From a bacterium (GTDB taxonomy: Bacteria > SAR324 > XYD2-FULL-50-16): a DNA stretch of 48,823 nucleotides. The first letter of the stretch is position 1. The number at the start of each line of letters is the position of its first letter. The position numbers and the translations under genes are program-made. Positions 17,860-27,373 of this stretch are shown here, piece by piece. The stretch spans positions 1-48,823 of the forward strand of contig JAVVEA010000022.1 in assembly GCA_032250835.1 (NCBI GenBank). Reading direction: 5' to 3'. The notes under the pieces were generated by a model. It saw nothing but the letters and a program-made list of their open reading frames with translations. It had not been told where the DNA came from and made no database searches.

Positions 17860-18275
17860 TGGAACGGGGCCGTGTCCAGTCGGTTGAAGGGGAAATCGCC
17901 TGGGTCCAGATGCAAGGTAGTGATGCCTGCCATAGCTGTGGGGCTAAGACCATCTGCCGCACCGATGGCGAGGGGCAGCGTAACTTGGCGGTATACAACG
18001 GCCTCGGCGCGCTACCGGGGCAATGGGTTGAGGTAGCCGAACGGGGCCATATTACCTTAAAATTAGCGGGCATGCAATTTGGTTTGCCCTTGCTGGGGTT
18101 ATTGGCGGGGATTGGCTTGGCGGCCCTTTGGATGCCGCCTCTAGGGCTGCCTCCTGAGCTGGTTCAAGGCCTTTGCGGGATTTTGACCATGCTGGCTTCG
18201 GGCGGTATCACCTATGCCTGGGCCCAGCGCGTGGCTAGGAGCGGACCGCTGTTTGAAGTACTCAACTTAGCCTGA
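17859..18275 (+). CDS. rseC: RseC/MucC-family protein
   Basis: ACHSCGAKTIC, G..V.V, two C-terminal TM helices; coupled to rnfB. Confidence 0.8.
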   Translation: MERGRVQSVEGEIAWVQMQGSDACHSCGAKTICRTDGEGQRNLAVYNGLGALPGQWVEVAERGHITLKLAGMQFGLPLLGLLAGIGLAALWMPPLGLPPELVQGLCGILTMLASGGITYAWAQRVARSGPLFEVLNLA

Positions 18276-18367
18276 GCCGTTCACTTTCTCTTTCTGCTCT
18301 GCTATCCTCTTCCTGTTCCTTCTAAACGCCCGATTTTTACGGGCTTCACCGAAGCTACAAGAGCAGC

Positions 18368-18985
18368 GTGGACGAGCATAAAATCAGCGAAGAATCGATT
18401 CGCAAAGCCACCGGCCAGGGGCGCGAATATTGGTTTGGTCTGTTGGACCCCTTTAAGGAAGCCGACCACCGCCGTCGGGTCGCCGCGTTGAGCGAGGCGG
18501 GACTGGATTCGAAGTGGTGGCAGCAGACCCTAGCCATCGAATATGAAAAGGCCCACCGGCTCCGCGCCGTGGGTGAAACCGCCGAGTCCGGCTGGCAATT
18601 GGGGATGCAAAAAACCTTAACCATCGAGCCCCAAATCCTTTGGGACTTGATGGTTGCCCCGGCGGGACTGGCCCTTTGGCTGGGACGATTGGATCACCTT
18701 CCCGAAGCAGTGGGCGAAAGTTTCACCACTGCCGAAGGCATTCAAGGTGAAGTCCGCAGCTTTGAGCCGCCGCTCCGTATCCGCCTTCAGTTGTTAGACC
18801 CCCAAGACGAAGAGCCCAAACGCCTGCAATTGACGCTGGTGCCTAATGGTTTTAAGACCTCACTGCGGGTCCATTGGGAATTGCTGCTCGACGCCAATGA
18901 ACGCGAAGCCAAGCATTCGGAGTGGAAAGGTCGCCTTGAGGCACTTGAGGCCTATCTCACCCCAAAGGAAACTAAGGCGCTTTGA
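18368..18985 (+). CDS. SRPBCC/AHSA1-like protein with DUF4287-like N-terminus
   Basis: IRKATG....WF.LLD...WWQQTL...YE; C-terminal START-like pattern ending H..W...L..L. Confidence 0.6.
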   Translation: MDEHKISEESIRKATGQGREYWFGLLDPFKEADHRRRVAALSEAGLDSKWWQQTLAIEYEKAHRLRAVGETAESGWQLGMQKTLTIEPQILWDLMVAPAGLALWLGRLDHLPEAVGESFTTAEGIQGEVRSFEPPLRIRLQLLDPQDEEPKRLQLTLVPNGFKTSLRVHWELLLDANEREAKHSEWKGRLEALEAYLTPKETKAL

Positions 18986-18999
18986 GCCGCGCCGAAGAC

Positions 19000-19028
19000 T
19001 TGGATATTTCAGGTAGTCCTGTTAGAAT
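19000..19028 (+). promoter_or_regulatory. sigma70 promoter (extended -10)
   Basis: TTGGAT-N17-TAGAAT with TGn. Confidence 0.5.
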
Positions 19029-19063
19029 CAAAGATAGGGGGTGTAACTACCTGGAGAACTACC

Positions 19064-20158
19064 TTGTTCAATCCCTTTAAACGAACCAACAAGTACATTC
19101 ATTTCTTAGAGAAAGAGGTCTTCAAGCCCGAGGTGTACCTGCTCTTTGAAGAGGTTTTGCGGATGGTCCAGGTCCTGTTGGCCGACGCGATCAAACGGGC
19201 CCACGGGTCAGGGTTTAAGGCCAAACGCCGCATCGAAGAAATGTTTGCCGAGCCTCCCTCGGCCCATGCGGGGCAGTTCAAAAATCTCTATTACCTGCTT
19301 TACTTCAACGAAATCGCCCAGACCGTGGGGCCTGTTAAAAACTACAAGTTGGTTTTAACGGACCAGCACATCAAATACGCCACCCAATTTGTAGAGCAAA
19401 ATCCACGGATGATGCTCAAGTTCAAGGCGGACCTACAAAGCTTTTTAAATCTCTATAAAAAGACCCAATTGGCGGCTCTAGAGCCCGCCGAGCAAAAAAA
19501 TCGAGCTGATTTACTGCGTCGGTTAGCAGCCTCCCTGGGGCCCTTGGGCTTTAAGGCCGTCGCCGGAGCGGACGGGTATTACCAAGTGGAACCGGAGCCT
19601 GCTCGGCGCAAGCAACTCTACGATGCTTGGTACGGCAGCGGCCAAGCGGGGTTTTTCGCCAAATTCTTGAGCCGATTCCAAGGGCCCGAAACAGCTTATT
19701 CGCAGTATCTAAAAAAGACGCGGCGCAGCAAAGCGGTGCGGGCCCTGGCCGACCTAGTCTGCAACCAGTACCCCTTCGGCAATCCCACCAAAATAAAAAC
19801 GCTGATCACCTTTAGTGTCATAGTCTTAGAGGAAATAACGCCCAAAATCCAAAAATCCATCGACGAAGAAAACCGCAAACGAGTCCGGCAGTCCCATTTT
19901 TTCAACGCCGATCTAAAAAAGCTCTCGGGGCATATAGAAAAGCGCTCCGGAGAATATTACGACCAGTTGGGGGTGGACCTCAATTCCTTCATCACCGCCA
20001 TCCGCCGTATCGAAGGCGGCGTCAACCGCCCCGATGAGGCAGAACTGCAAGCCCAGAAAGAGCGCTGGAATCAGATCAAAAAGGCCTTAAATGATCTGTC
20101 CTTTGATTATACCGAAACACCCGACGCTAAGGTGATGAAACTGACGGGGTCTCACTAA
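19064..20158 (+). CDS. hypothetical helical protein
   Basis: 364-aa ORF with GGAG RBS and promoter; no recognised motif. Confidence 0.75.
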   Translation: MFNPFKRTNKYIHFLEKEVFKPEVYLLFEEVLRMVQVLLADAIKRAHGSGFKAKRRIEEMFAEPPSAHAGQFKNLYYLLYFNEIAQTVGPVKNYKLVLTDQHIKYATQFVEQNPRMMLKFKADLQSFLNLYKKTQLAALEPAEQKNRADLLRRLAASLGPLGFKAVAGADGYYQVEPEPARRKQLYDAWYGSGQAGFFAKFLSRFQGPETAYSQYLKKTRRSKAVRALADLVCNQYPFGNPTKIKTLITFSVIVLEEITPKIQKSIDEENRKRVRQSHFFNADLKKLSGHIEKRSGEYYDQLGVDLNSFITAIRRIEGGVNRPDEAELQAQKERWNQIKKALNDLSFDYTETPDAKVMKLTGSH

Positions 20159-20298
20159 AGATTTTCACCCTTGTATCTGAGGGGGAGGATCCATTTAAGG
20201 TGAAGAGTTTTTCAAAAAATTCATTCAAATATTCGCTTCTATGAGGTAAATTGCGCATTAGATTTAATGTCTAGATTACATTTAACTGGGGAGAGGCC

Positions 20299-22374
20299 AT
20301 GCGATTGACAATCAAACATAAGGTGATGATGATGGTCGGCTTGGCGACAGTCTCCACCGGGTTGGCCGTTAACCTACTGTTTAGTTATGGGGTCTATCAA
20401 GATAGCCAGCGGGGATTAGAAGAATACCGCCACCAATTGGAAGTGGACAAAAAGGACGCCCTGAAGACCTATGCCCAAATCGCTCTCAAGGCAATCGAGC
20501 CCATTTACCAACGTTCCAAGCCCGAAAATATCGGCAACCTGCTAGAAGACCGCAGTCATGATTTTAAGTCGTTGCTGCAATACCTCGCCGCGCATAGCCA
20601 GGGGAAGGAGACACAAAAGGCAGTCCAGCAGTTGATCCAAGAATACCGTTATGGCGGCGGAAACTATTTCTGGGCCCAAAAGGGGACTCGGATGATCCTG
20701 CACCCGACCAACCCCAGCCTCAATGGCCGTGACCTATCGGATCAAGTGGATTCAAAAGGCAAAGCCTTTTTTGCCGAAATAGCCGGGGCTTTGGCTTCTC
20801 AAGACCAAGCGACGGTAAGCTATTACTGGAAAAACCCCCGCACCGGGCAAGAGGAACTAAAGGTCAGTCGGGTCTTCCTGTTTAAGCCCCTCGGTTGGAT
20901 CATCGGTACCGGGGCCTTTTATTCGGACCTGCAAGAACAACTCAAGACCGAGGCGGCGCAAATCGTGGGCAACTTGCGCTACGGTGATTCGGGCTATTTT
21001 TGGATCAACGACTACCAGCCCCGCATGGTGATGCACCCGGCCAACCCTAAGCTGAACGGGGCGGATCTGAGCCAAAACCAAGACCCTAACGGGGTGTTTT
21101 TGTTTAATGAGATGGTCCAGGTGGTCAAACAAGCCGGGGAAGGCTATGTGAAGTACCACTGGGCCAAGCCGGGCTTTGATGCGCCCCAGCCAAAAATTTC
21201 TTATGTGGTTGGTTTTAAAGATTGGTCTTGGATCATCGGTACCGGCGTTTATGTTGAAGAAATCGACCGATTTGTGGCCGAAGAAGCCCAAAAGACCCGT
21301 GCCGCGCTGGTGGCGATGGTGCTCTGGTCGGGGCTGGCTACCTTAGCGGTCTTGGCGGTCTTGGCCGCGCTCTTCTTGTGGCTGATCCACCGCCAAATCA
21401 ATTTACCGCTGCTGCGGATTGCGCGGGATGTAGGTGGGGCCTCGGATCAGGTCTTGGTGGCCAGCGAAGCCATTGCCGATGCGGCCGACCATTTAGCCAG
21501 TTACTCTAGCGAACAAGCGGCGAGTTTAGAAGAAATCTCTTCGACCTTATCCCAGGTATCGGCCCAGACCCATTCGAACGCCGACGCCGCGCGCGATGGT
21601 GCGGGGCAGATGCAGAAAGTATTAGAAGAGGTCGCCGCCGTGGTCCAAGGGGCCCAAGAAGCGGCCAGCCTCTCGGCTGAAACGCGGGGAGCTTCGACCC
21701 AAGGCGTGAGTAGTATGGATGAAATCAGCACCGCCATGAATGACATCCAGAGCTCTTCTGAAGAGATCACCGGGATCATCGAGGTCTTAAGCGAAATCAC
21801 CCACAACACCAAAATCTTGGCCACCAATGCGGCCATCGAGGCGGCCCGCGCAGGTGAAGAAGGCAAGGGCTTTGCCGTCGTCGCCGACGAGGTATCCCAA
21901 CTGGCCGAAAACTCTAAGACCTCGGCCAAAGAGATCGCTCAACTGATCAAGACCGCTAATTTGAAGACCCGCTCAGGCAGCGAATTGGCCCAAAAGGGGG
22001 CCAAGGTATTGCAGAAGATCGAAGCCCAGGCGGAGCAGTTGTCTTCTTTGATGGAGCGCTTAGCCCAGGCGAGCCGAGGTGAAGAAGAACTAATCCACCA
22101 GATGGCCCAGAGGATGGACGAAATTGTGGTGGCTTCTTCGGAGCAGGCCGAAGGGCTCACCCAGGTAGCCAAATCGGTGGCCGAGATCGACGAGGCCACC
22201 CAGGCCAGTTCGGCGACTGCCGAAGAGTCCGCTTCGGCTTCTAAGGAACTGGCCGCTCAGGCCCGCGCCTTGGCGGACATGGTCGAAGATTTCAGTTTAC
22301 TGATTGGCGTCAGGCTAGATACCAGCTTATACAAGGGCCCGGTGGTCAGTCTGCGCGACGCCAAGCGGTTGTAG
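20299..22374 (+). CDS. methyl-accepting chemotaxis protein with two Cache_2 sensor domains
   Basis: TM, two RYG..YFW...MHP..P.LNG.DLS...D..G...F repeats, TM, TKILATNAAIEAARAGEEGKGFAVVADEV. Confidence 0.95.
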   Translation: MRLTIKHKVMMMVGLATVSTGLAVNLLFSYGVYQDSQRGLEEYRHQLEVDKKDALKTYAQIALKAIEPIYQRSKPENIGNLLEDRSHDFKSLLQYLAAHSQGKETQKAVQQLIQEYRYGGGNYFWAQKGTRMILHPTNPSLNGRDLSDQVDSKGKAFFAEIAGALASQDQATVSYYWKNPRTGQEELKVSRVFLFKPLGWIIGTGAFYSDLQEQLKTEAAQIVGNLRYGDSGYFWINDYQPRMVMHPANPKLNGADLSQNQDPNGVFLFNEMVQVVKQAGEGYVKYHWAKPGFDAPQPKISYVVGFKDWSWIIGTGVYVEEIDRFVAEEAQKTRAALVAMVLWSGLATLAVLAVLAALFLWLIHRQINLPLLRIARDVGGASDQVLVASEAIADAADHLASYSSEQAASLEEISSTLSQVSAQTHSNADAARDGAGQMQKVLEEVAAVVQGAQEAASLSAETRGASTQGVSSMDEISTAMNDIQSSSEEITGIIEVLSEITHNTKILATNAAIEAARAGEEGKGFAVVADEVSQLAENSKTSAKEIAQLIKTANLKTRSGSELAQKGAKVLQKIEAQAEQLSSLMERLAQASRGEEELIHQMAQRMDEIVVASSEQAEGLTQVAKSVAEIDEATQASSATAEESASASKELAAQARALADMVEDFSLLIGVRLDTSLYKGPVVSLRDAKRL

Positions 22375-22460
22375 GGATTAGGGCTAAAGGTTGGCGCTAG
22401 CTACCGGTTGATGGCCCTGTGGGGGAGATGGGGGGGGTCCGCTCTTTTAGGAGGTCGGTT

Positions 22461-23180
22461 ATGTTGGCATTGCACCAGGTGGTTAAACGCTTCGGCGGCA
22501 AAGTAGTGGTGGCCGGTCTGGACCTTAAGGTGCCCCAGGGAAGCATTTACGGCCTGTTGGGGCCTAATGGGGCCGGCAAAACCACCTTGATCCGCATGAT
22601 CGTAGGCTTGCTGGACCCCGACCAAGGAGAAATCGAGCTTTTGGGCGGCAGACCCAGGGATCTAGGCGTGCGCCGCCGCCTCGGATACATGCCTCAAGAT
22701 TTGGCCCTTTACCCTGGCCTGAGTGTGGCCGAAAACCTCAAGTTTTTTGGGGTCTGTTACGGCCAAGTGGGGGCTCAACTGGAGTCACGCTTAGATGAAT
22801 TGTTGGCGCTGCTGGAGTTGCAAAAAGAGGCTGACCAACTGGTCGAGCACCTGTCGGGCGGAACGGCCCGTCGTTGCCTGCTGGCCAGCACGCTAATCCA
22901 CCGCCCCGATTTTTTGGTCCTCGACGAGCCAACTGCTGGGGTGGACCCCCTGTTGCGCCGAAAAATTTGGCACTGGCTCACCGATTTGGCCCAGTCGGGG
23001 GTTACGATCTTGATCACCACCCACCATATTTCCGAAGCCCAGGCCTGCAACGAGGTCTTGTTCATGAGGCACGGCCAAAGCCTGGATAAGGGCTCGCCCC
23101 AAGAGCTAATGGACCGCTACGGGGCGGCGGATTTGGAAGCGGCCTTTTTGTCGGCCACCTTGGACCGGGGGGGAAGGTGA
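22461..23180 (+). CDS. ABC transporter ATP-binding protein
   Basis: GPNGAGKTT, LSGG, LDEPTAGVDP, ITTH; GGAGG RBS before ATG 22461. Confidence 0.93.
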   Translation: MLALHQVVKRFGGKVVVAGLDLKVPQGSIYGLLGPNGAGKTTLIRMIVGLLDPDQGEIELLGGRPRDLGVRRRLGYMPQDLALYPGLSVAENLKFFGVCYGQVGAQLESRLDELLALLELQKEADQLVEHLSGGTARRCLLASTLIHRPDFLVLDEPTAGVDPLLRRKIWHWLTDLAQSGVTILITTHHISEAQACNEVLFMRHGQSLDKGSPQELMDRYGAADLEAAFLSATLDRGGR

Positions 23181-24346
23181 AACTACAGTGGATCGCTTGG
23201 AGGTTGGTGTTGGAGATCCGGCGGGACCGCCGTACCCTAGCCATGTTTTTCCTGGTGCCCCTGGTGGTGATGACGCTCATCTATTATGCCCTGCAAGGAG
23301 ACGAACAGGCCGATCTGGCGGTGGTCACGCGCGGCGTGGCCCGTCTTTGGGACTACCCGATCCGTTCGACGCTGGGCCAAGAGGATAACCTACGCTTGGT
23401 GGACCTGGACTTGGACGACCAAGAAAACGACCCATTGGTGATCGAAGCGGCGATTCGGGCCGCGCTGGTCCAAGGCAAAGTGCAAGGGGTCTTATACCTC
23501 AATACCAGCCTGCTAGAAGAGCGCTTTTCCGGCGGACGCGGGCAGTTGCATCTTTACCTCGAAGGAAGCCGACCCACCGCTTCGGCGGACATCTTGTCCG
23601 GCATCGCCTCGGCCATGGACGACCTAGCCGAACAATTACCGGTGGTGGTCGATGAAACCTGCTCGGCCGAATGTGCCGCCTCGGTCAACAGCAAAGCCTT
23701 GGAGTTGAAAAAACACTTCCTTTACGGCAATGAGGACTACCGCACGATCGACTACTTCCTTCCTGCCTTTCCGCCATTGTTGGTCTTTTTTTTCACCTTC
23801 ATCATCACCATCATCACCTTCCAACGCGAACGGGCCCGCGGTACCTTGGCGCGGCTGTTGATTGCCCCCTTTTCCTTTGCCCAAGTGGTTTGGGGGTATG
23901 TCTTGGGCTTTTTTGTGTTCTTCTCGGTCCAATCGGCGATCGTGTTGGCCTATGTGCTGGTTCTATTGGAAATTCCGGTGACCCTGTCGCAGGTAGTCCA
24001 ATTGGGGCTCTTGACCCTTTTGTTGATGACCGTGGCTTTGATGATGGGGCTCTTCGCTTCCTTTTTGGCTAAAAATGAGTTCCAGGCGATCCAGTTCATT
24101 CCCCTGGCGATTTTGCCGCAGATATTTCTTTCGGATATGATCTGGCGGATCGAAACCTTTCCCGTCGTATTCCGCTGGATTGCCTACAGTTTCCCTTTGA
24201 CCTATGCCAACTGGGCGGCACGCGATCTGATCCTCAAAGGGATCCCCCTGTGGCAAGAGGGCCCCGAATTGGCGGCCTTGATAGGGTTTATGCTGTTGTT
24301 TTTGTTTGGGATGATGCTTTTCGTCAAGCAGCGGCGTGCCCTATAA
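23177..24346 (+). CDS. ABC-2 type transporter permease
   Basis: RRDRRTL N-terminus, RER..GTL.RL..AP, six TM helices. Confidence 0.92.
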   Translation: MKLQWIAWRLVLEIRRDRRTLAMFFLVPLVVMTLIYYALQGDEQADLAVVTRGVARLWDYPIRSTLGQEDNLRLVDLDLDDQENDPLVIEAAIRAALVQGKVQGVLYLNTSLLEERFSGGRGQLHLYLEGSRPTASADILSGIASAMDDLAEQLPVVVDETCSAECAASVNSKALELKKHFLYGNEDYRTIDYFLPAFPPLLVFFFTFIITIITFQRERARGTLARLLIAPFSFAQVVWGYVLGFFVFFSVQSAIVLAYVLVLLEIPVTLSQVVQLGLLTLLLMTVALMMGLFASFLAKNEFQAIQFIPLAILPQIFLSDMIWRIETFPVVFRWIAYSFPLTYANWAARDLILKGIPLWQEGPELAALIGFMLLFLFGMMLFVKQRRAL

Positions 24347-24466
24347 GGGGCCAAAAATTTACTGCTCAGCCCCCGCCAAAAGCTTGATCAGCCCGATTGG
24401 GGTAAGAAAGGCTTGGCAGAGCGGTCAAAGAAACATAGGTTCAGGTTGAACTTTCCCTAAAAAGCT

Positions 24467-25045
24467 ATGAACCTTCGACCTAAAGTTGCGCTGGAAACCC
24501 TGGTGGAAGGGAACCAACGCTTTATTACCGACCAATCCAGACACCCGCACGAGTCCACCTTGACCCGTCGTGCCCTCTTGGACGGCCAAAACCCCATGGC
24601 CTGTATCCTCGGCTGTTCCGATTCGCGAGTTCCGCCCCAGCTGGTCTTTGACCAAGGCTTGGGCGATTTATTTATGGTGCGGGTCGCCGGGAACCTACTC
24701 GACGGGGTCACTTTAGGAAGTCTGGAATTTGCGGTGACGGTGCTTGGGGTGCCCTTGGTTTTGGTTTTGGGCCATGAAGACTGCGGTGCTGTCAAGGCGG
24801 CCATCGCCGTAAATCAGGGGGGAACGCCCAATTTACACCACCTGACCGACCGCATCCAGCCGATTTTAAAGCTCTGCAAAAACCCCAGCGACCTAGACGA
24901 AGCGGTGCGGACCAACGCCATCGAAGTGGCCCGCAGGCTACGCCAAGAAACGGTTTTTAGTGAGCGGATCGCCGACGGGTCATTGTTGGTAGTGGCTGCT
25001 TACTATGACTTGGCAACTGGCCACGTGGACATCTTAGAACGCTAG
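24467..25045 (+). CDS. beta-class carbonic anhydrase
   Basis: GNQRF, GCSDSRVPP, FDQGLGDLF.VRVAGN, GHEDCGAV. Confidence 0.95.
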   Translation: MNLRPKVALETLVEGNQRFITDQSRHPHESTLTRRALLDGQNPMACILGCSDSRVPPQLVFDQGLGDLFMVRVAGNLLDGVTLGSLEFAVTVLGVPLVLVLGHEDCGAVKAAIAVNQGGTPNLHHLTDRIQPILKLCKNPSDLDEAVRTNAIEVARRLRQETVFSERIADGSLLVVAAYYDLATGHVDILER

Positions 25046-27240
25046 TCTACCGCCTCGATCAGCTCTTTGATGAAGTCATAGACCTGAGACTGCCTTGAGG
25101 TCTGGTACTTGGCCAGGGTGCTGCCGGTGCCGATCTTGACAGCATAGCCACCCTCTTGGATCACCGAGAACATATCTTCATCGGTCCGGTCGTCGCCGAT
25201 GGCGATAGGTAGAACCTCTTCGCCTTGCTCGGCGATTTGGTGTAGGTACCAGCGGCAAAAATGCCCTTTGTCGGCTTCAATGCACCGCACTTCAATGTTC
25301 ATCTTCCCTTCAATCACCGTCACCGCTGATTTAGCCAAGGCCGCTTCCAACTCAAAGTGCAGCTTGATCGCCTGATAACGGGCAAAGTCTTTGGGCGAGT
25401 TGCGGTAGTGGAAGACCAGCGCATAATCCTTGCGCTCCACAAAGGAGTCAGGCACCCGGTTGGCGAAGTCGGTCATGAGGTTCAGGGCGTCGTCATACCA
25501 CCGCAAATCCGAAGTGACCAAAGAGTTCCAGGTGCGCTTTTGGTGGTCATAATACTTGGCCCCATGTTCACCGGCCATGTCGACCTTCAACCGCCCCAAT
25601 TGTTTTTCTAAAAAGTCACGGGGCCGCCCGCTGGTGATCACCAAGCGGACCTGCCGCTTTTTGGCCAATTGTTTGAGTAAATCCAATTCGTTGGCTTTCA
25701 AGATAGCGTCTTCGGGCCGGTTGCGGATCGTTACTAGGGTGCCGTCGTAGTCCATAAAGATCACCAGCGGCTTATTGCCGCGCAATGCGGCCAGCTTACG
25801 TACAAAGGCCTTGGGTTTTAAGACCTGACCGGTTAAATGGTCCTCTTCGGGTTGGGTCACATGATCCACGTAGCGCCTGAAGGTGGTGGCCCAATCGGTG
25901 GCGGTATAAGACTTGAGGAAGTCCAACATGGTATTCTGGCGGCGCCTGCGCTCAGCGAGGCCCATTTTCAGTGCCTCGGCGAGCCGGTGGGCGGTCTCAT
26001 CGATATTCCAGGGGTTGATGGGCATCACATGGCTTAAGGTGGAAATCGCCCCGGCGAACTCGCTCAGCAGGATATTGCCTGGATTATGCTTGTTTTGGGC
26101 GGCCACAAATTCCAAGCAAACCAAGTTCATCCCGTCACGCTTGCTGGTCACCAGTAGGGTATCGGCCAAGCGGTATAAGGCCAAAAGCTGGTGGTTGGGG
26201 ATGCTTGAATAGAGGTAGTGGATCGGGCTGTGGGCGATGTCGCCAAACTTACCGTTGATGGACCCTACCATTTCTTCTAAGCGACTTTTCAGCCCTTTAT
26301 ATTCAGGCACGTCGGTCCGGCTGGGTACGGCTATTTGGACCAACTGAACTTTACCGCGCAGTTTCGGGTAAAGCTCTAACATCCGCTCGAAGGCCTGGAA
26401 CTTGAGGTCGATTCCTTTGATGTAGTCTAAACGGTCCACGCCCAAAACCACTTGTTCTTCCACTAGGCCCTGTTGCAAGCGGGCTAACTCACCCTTGACC
26501 GGTGCCGCGTTGGATTTTTTTATGATTGAATGGGTGTCGATACTGACCGGGAAGACACCCAACTGGGCCTTGTGCCCCTCGTGGGTGATCGAATAGAGGT
26601 CTGTTTCGAGCCCTAAGGTCGAATAAACGCCCGAGGCGAAGTGCCGCAGGTAAGAATAGTCATGAAAGCCCACCACATCGGCGGCCAGGAGAGAGGTCAA
26701 GATCTCTTTGCGGGTCGGCAATTGGCGGAAGATTTCCGAGGTCGGGAAGGGGACATGTAAAAAGAAGCCGACCCGGAATTTCTTTTTCATTTGGCGCAAC
26801 ATGCCGGGCAGTAAAAAGAGGTGGAAGTCGTGGATCCACACCAAATCACCCGGTTCGGCGACCTTTAAGATTTCTTCAGCAAAGCGTCGGTTGACCTCCA
26901 CATAAGCGTCCCAGTTGCTTGCCAAGTGCCGCACCAGATTTGATTCATAATGCAGCAAGGGCCAGAGTACATCGTTGCAATAGCCGTTGTAGTAGGCATC
27001 AAATAGGTCTTCTTCGACCACTACGGGATGGTAAGATAGCGGATCGGAGCTGGGTTTCCGGACCGCTAAACCCTCGGCCAGTTCTTGACTGGCCGCGCCA
27101 ATCCAAAGCTTGCGGTTTTTTGTCTTGATTCCGTTGACCGCGGTGACCAACCCCCCCGAACTGGCCGTGATTTTGCCTTTTGCTGCGTCATATTGCAGGG
27201 GCAGTCGGTTGCTGACGATGATCCACTGGGCTGAGGACAT
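25042..27240 (-). CDS. otsAB: bifunctional trehalose-6-phosphate synthase/phosphatase
   Basis: VSNRLP, SSGGLV, WIHDFHL, FLHVPFP, DRLDYIKG, RDGMNLV; HAD domain DYDGTL, GDDRTDED; start at ATG 27240. Confidence 0.93.
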   Translation of the reverse strand: MSSAQWIIVSNRLPLQYDAAKGKITASSGGLVTAVNGIKTKNRKLWIGAASQELAEGLAVRKPSSDPLSYHPVVVEEDLFDAYYNGYCNDVLWPLLHYESNLVRHLASNWDAYVEVNRRFAEEILKVAEPGDLVWIHDFHLFLLPGMLRQMKKKFRVGFFLHVPFPTSEIFRQLPTRKEILTSLLAADVVGFHDYSYLRHFASGVYSTLGLETDLYSITHEGHKAQLGVFPVSIDTHSIIKKSNAAPVKGELARLQQGLVEEQVVLGVDRLDYIKGIDLKFQAFERMLELYPKLRGKVQLVQIAVPSRTDVPEYKGLKSRLEEMVGSINGKFGDIAHSPIHYLYSSIPNHQLLALYRLADTLLVTSKRDGMNLVCLEFVAAQNKHNPGNILLSEFAGAISTLSHVMPINPWNIDETAHRLAEALKMGLAERRRRQNTMLDFLKSYTATDWATTFRRYVDHVTQPEEDHLTGQVLKPKAFVRKLAALRGNKPLVIFMDYDGTLVTIRNRPEDAILKANELDLLKQLAKKRQVRLVITSGRPRDFLEKQLGRLKVDMAGEHGAKYYDHQKRTWNSLVTSDLRWYDDALNLMTDFANRVPDSFVERKDYALVFHYRNSPKDFARYQAIKLHFELEAALAKSAVTVIEGKMNIEVRCIEADKGHFCRWYLHQIAEQGEEVLPIAIGDDRTDEDMFSVIQEGGYAVKIGTGSTLAKYQTSRQSQVYDFIKELIEAVD

Positions 27241-27373
27241 AGGGTCTCTGGTATTTGCCGTTGTCGAGGTCAGGGTTAAAAAGCTTTGGCGTCCCACCAA
27301 CTTGCCAGGGTCCACCAAGGCGGTCTATGCTGATTATACTTCCTTAGGGCCATTGAAACACATCCGGGCAATA

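Noticed and set aside
27110-27373. Extended N-termini of GH15 (27110) and otsAB (27318) giving a head-to-head overlap
   Set aside because: Family-typical sequence begins at ATG 27374 and ATG 27240, leaving a normal divergent intergenic region
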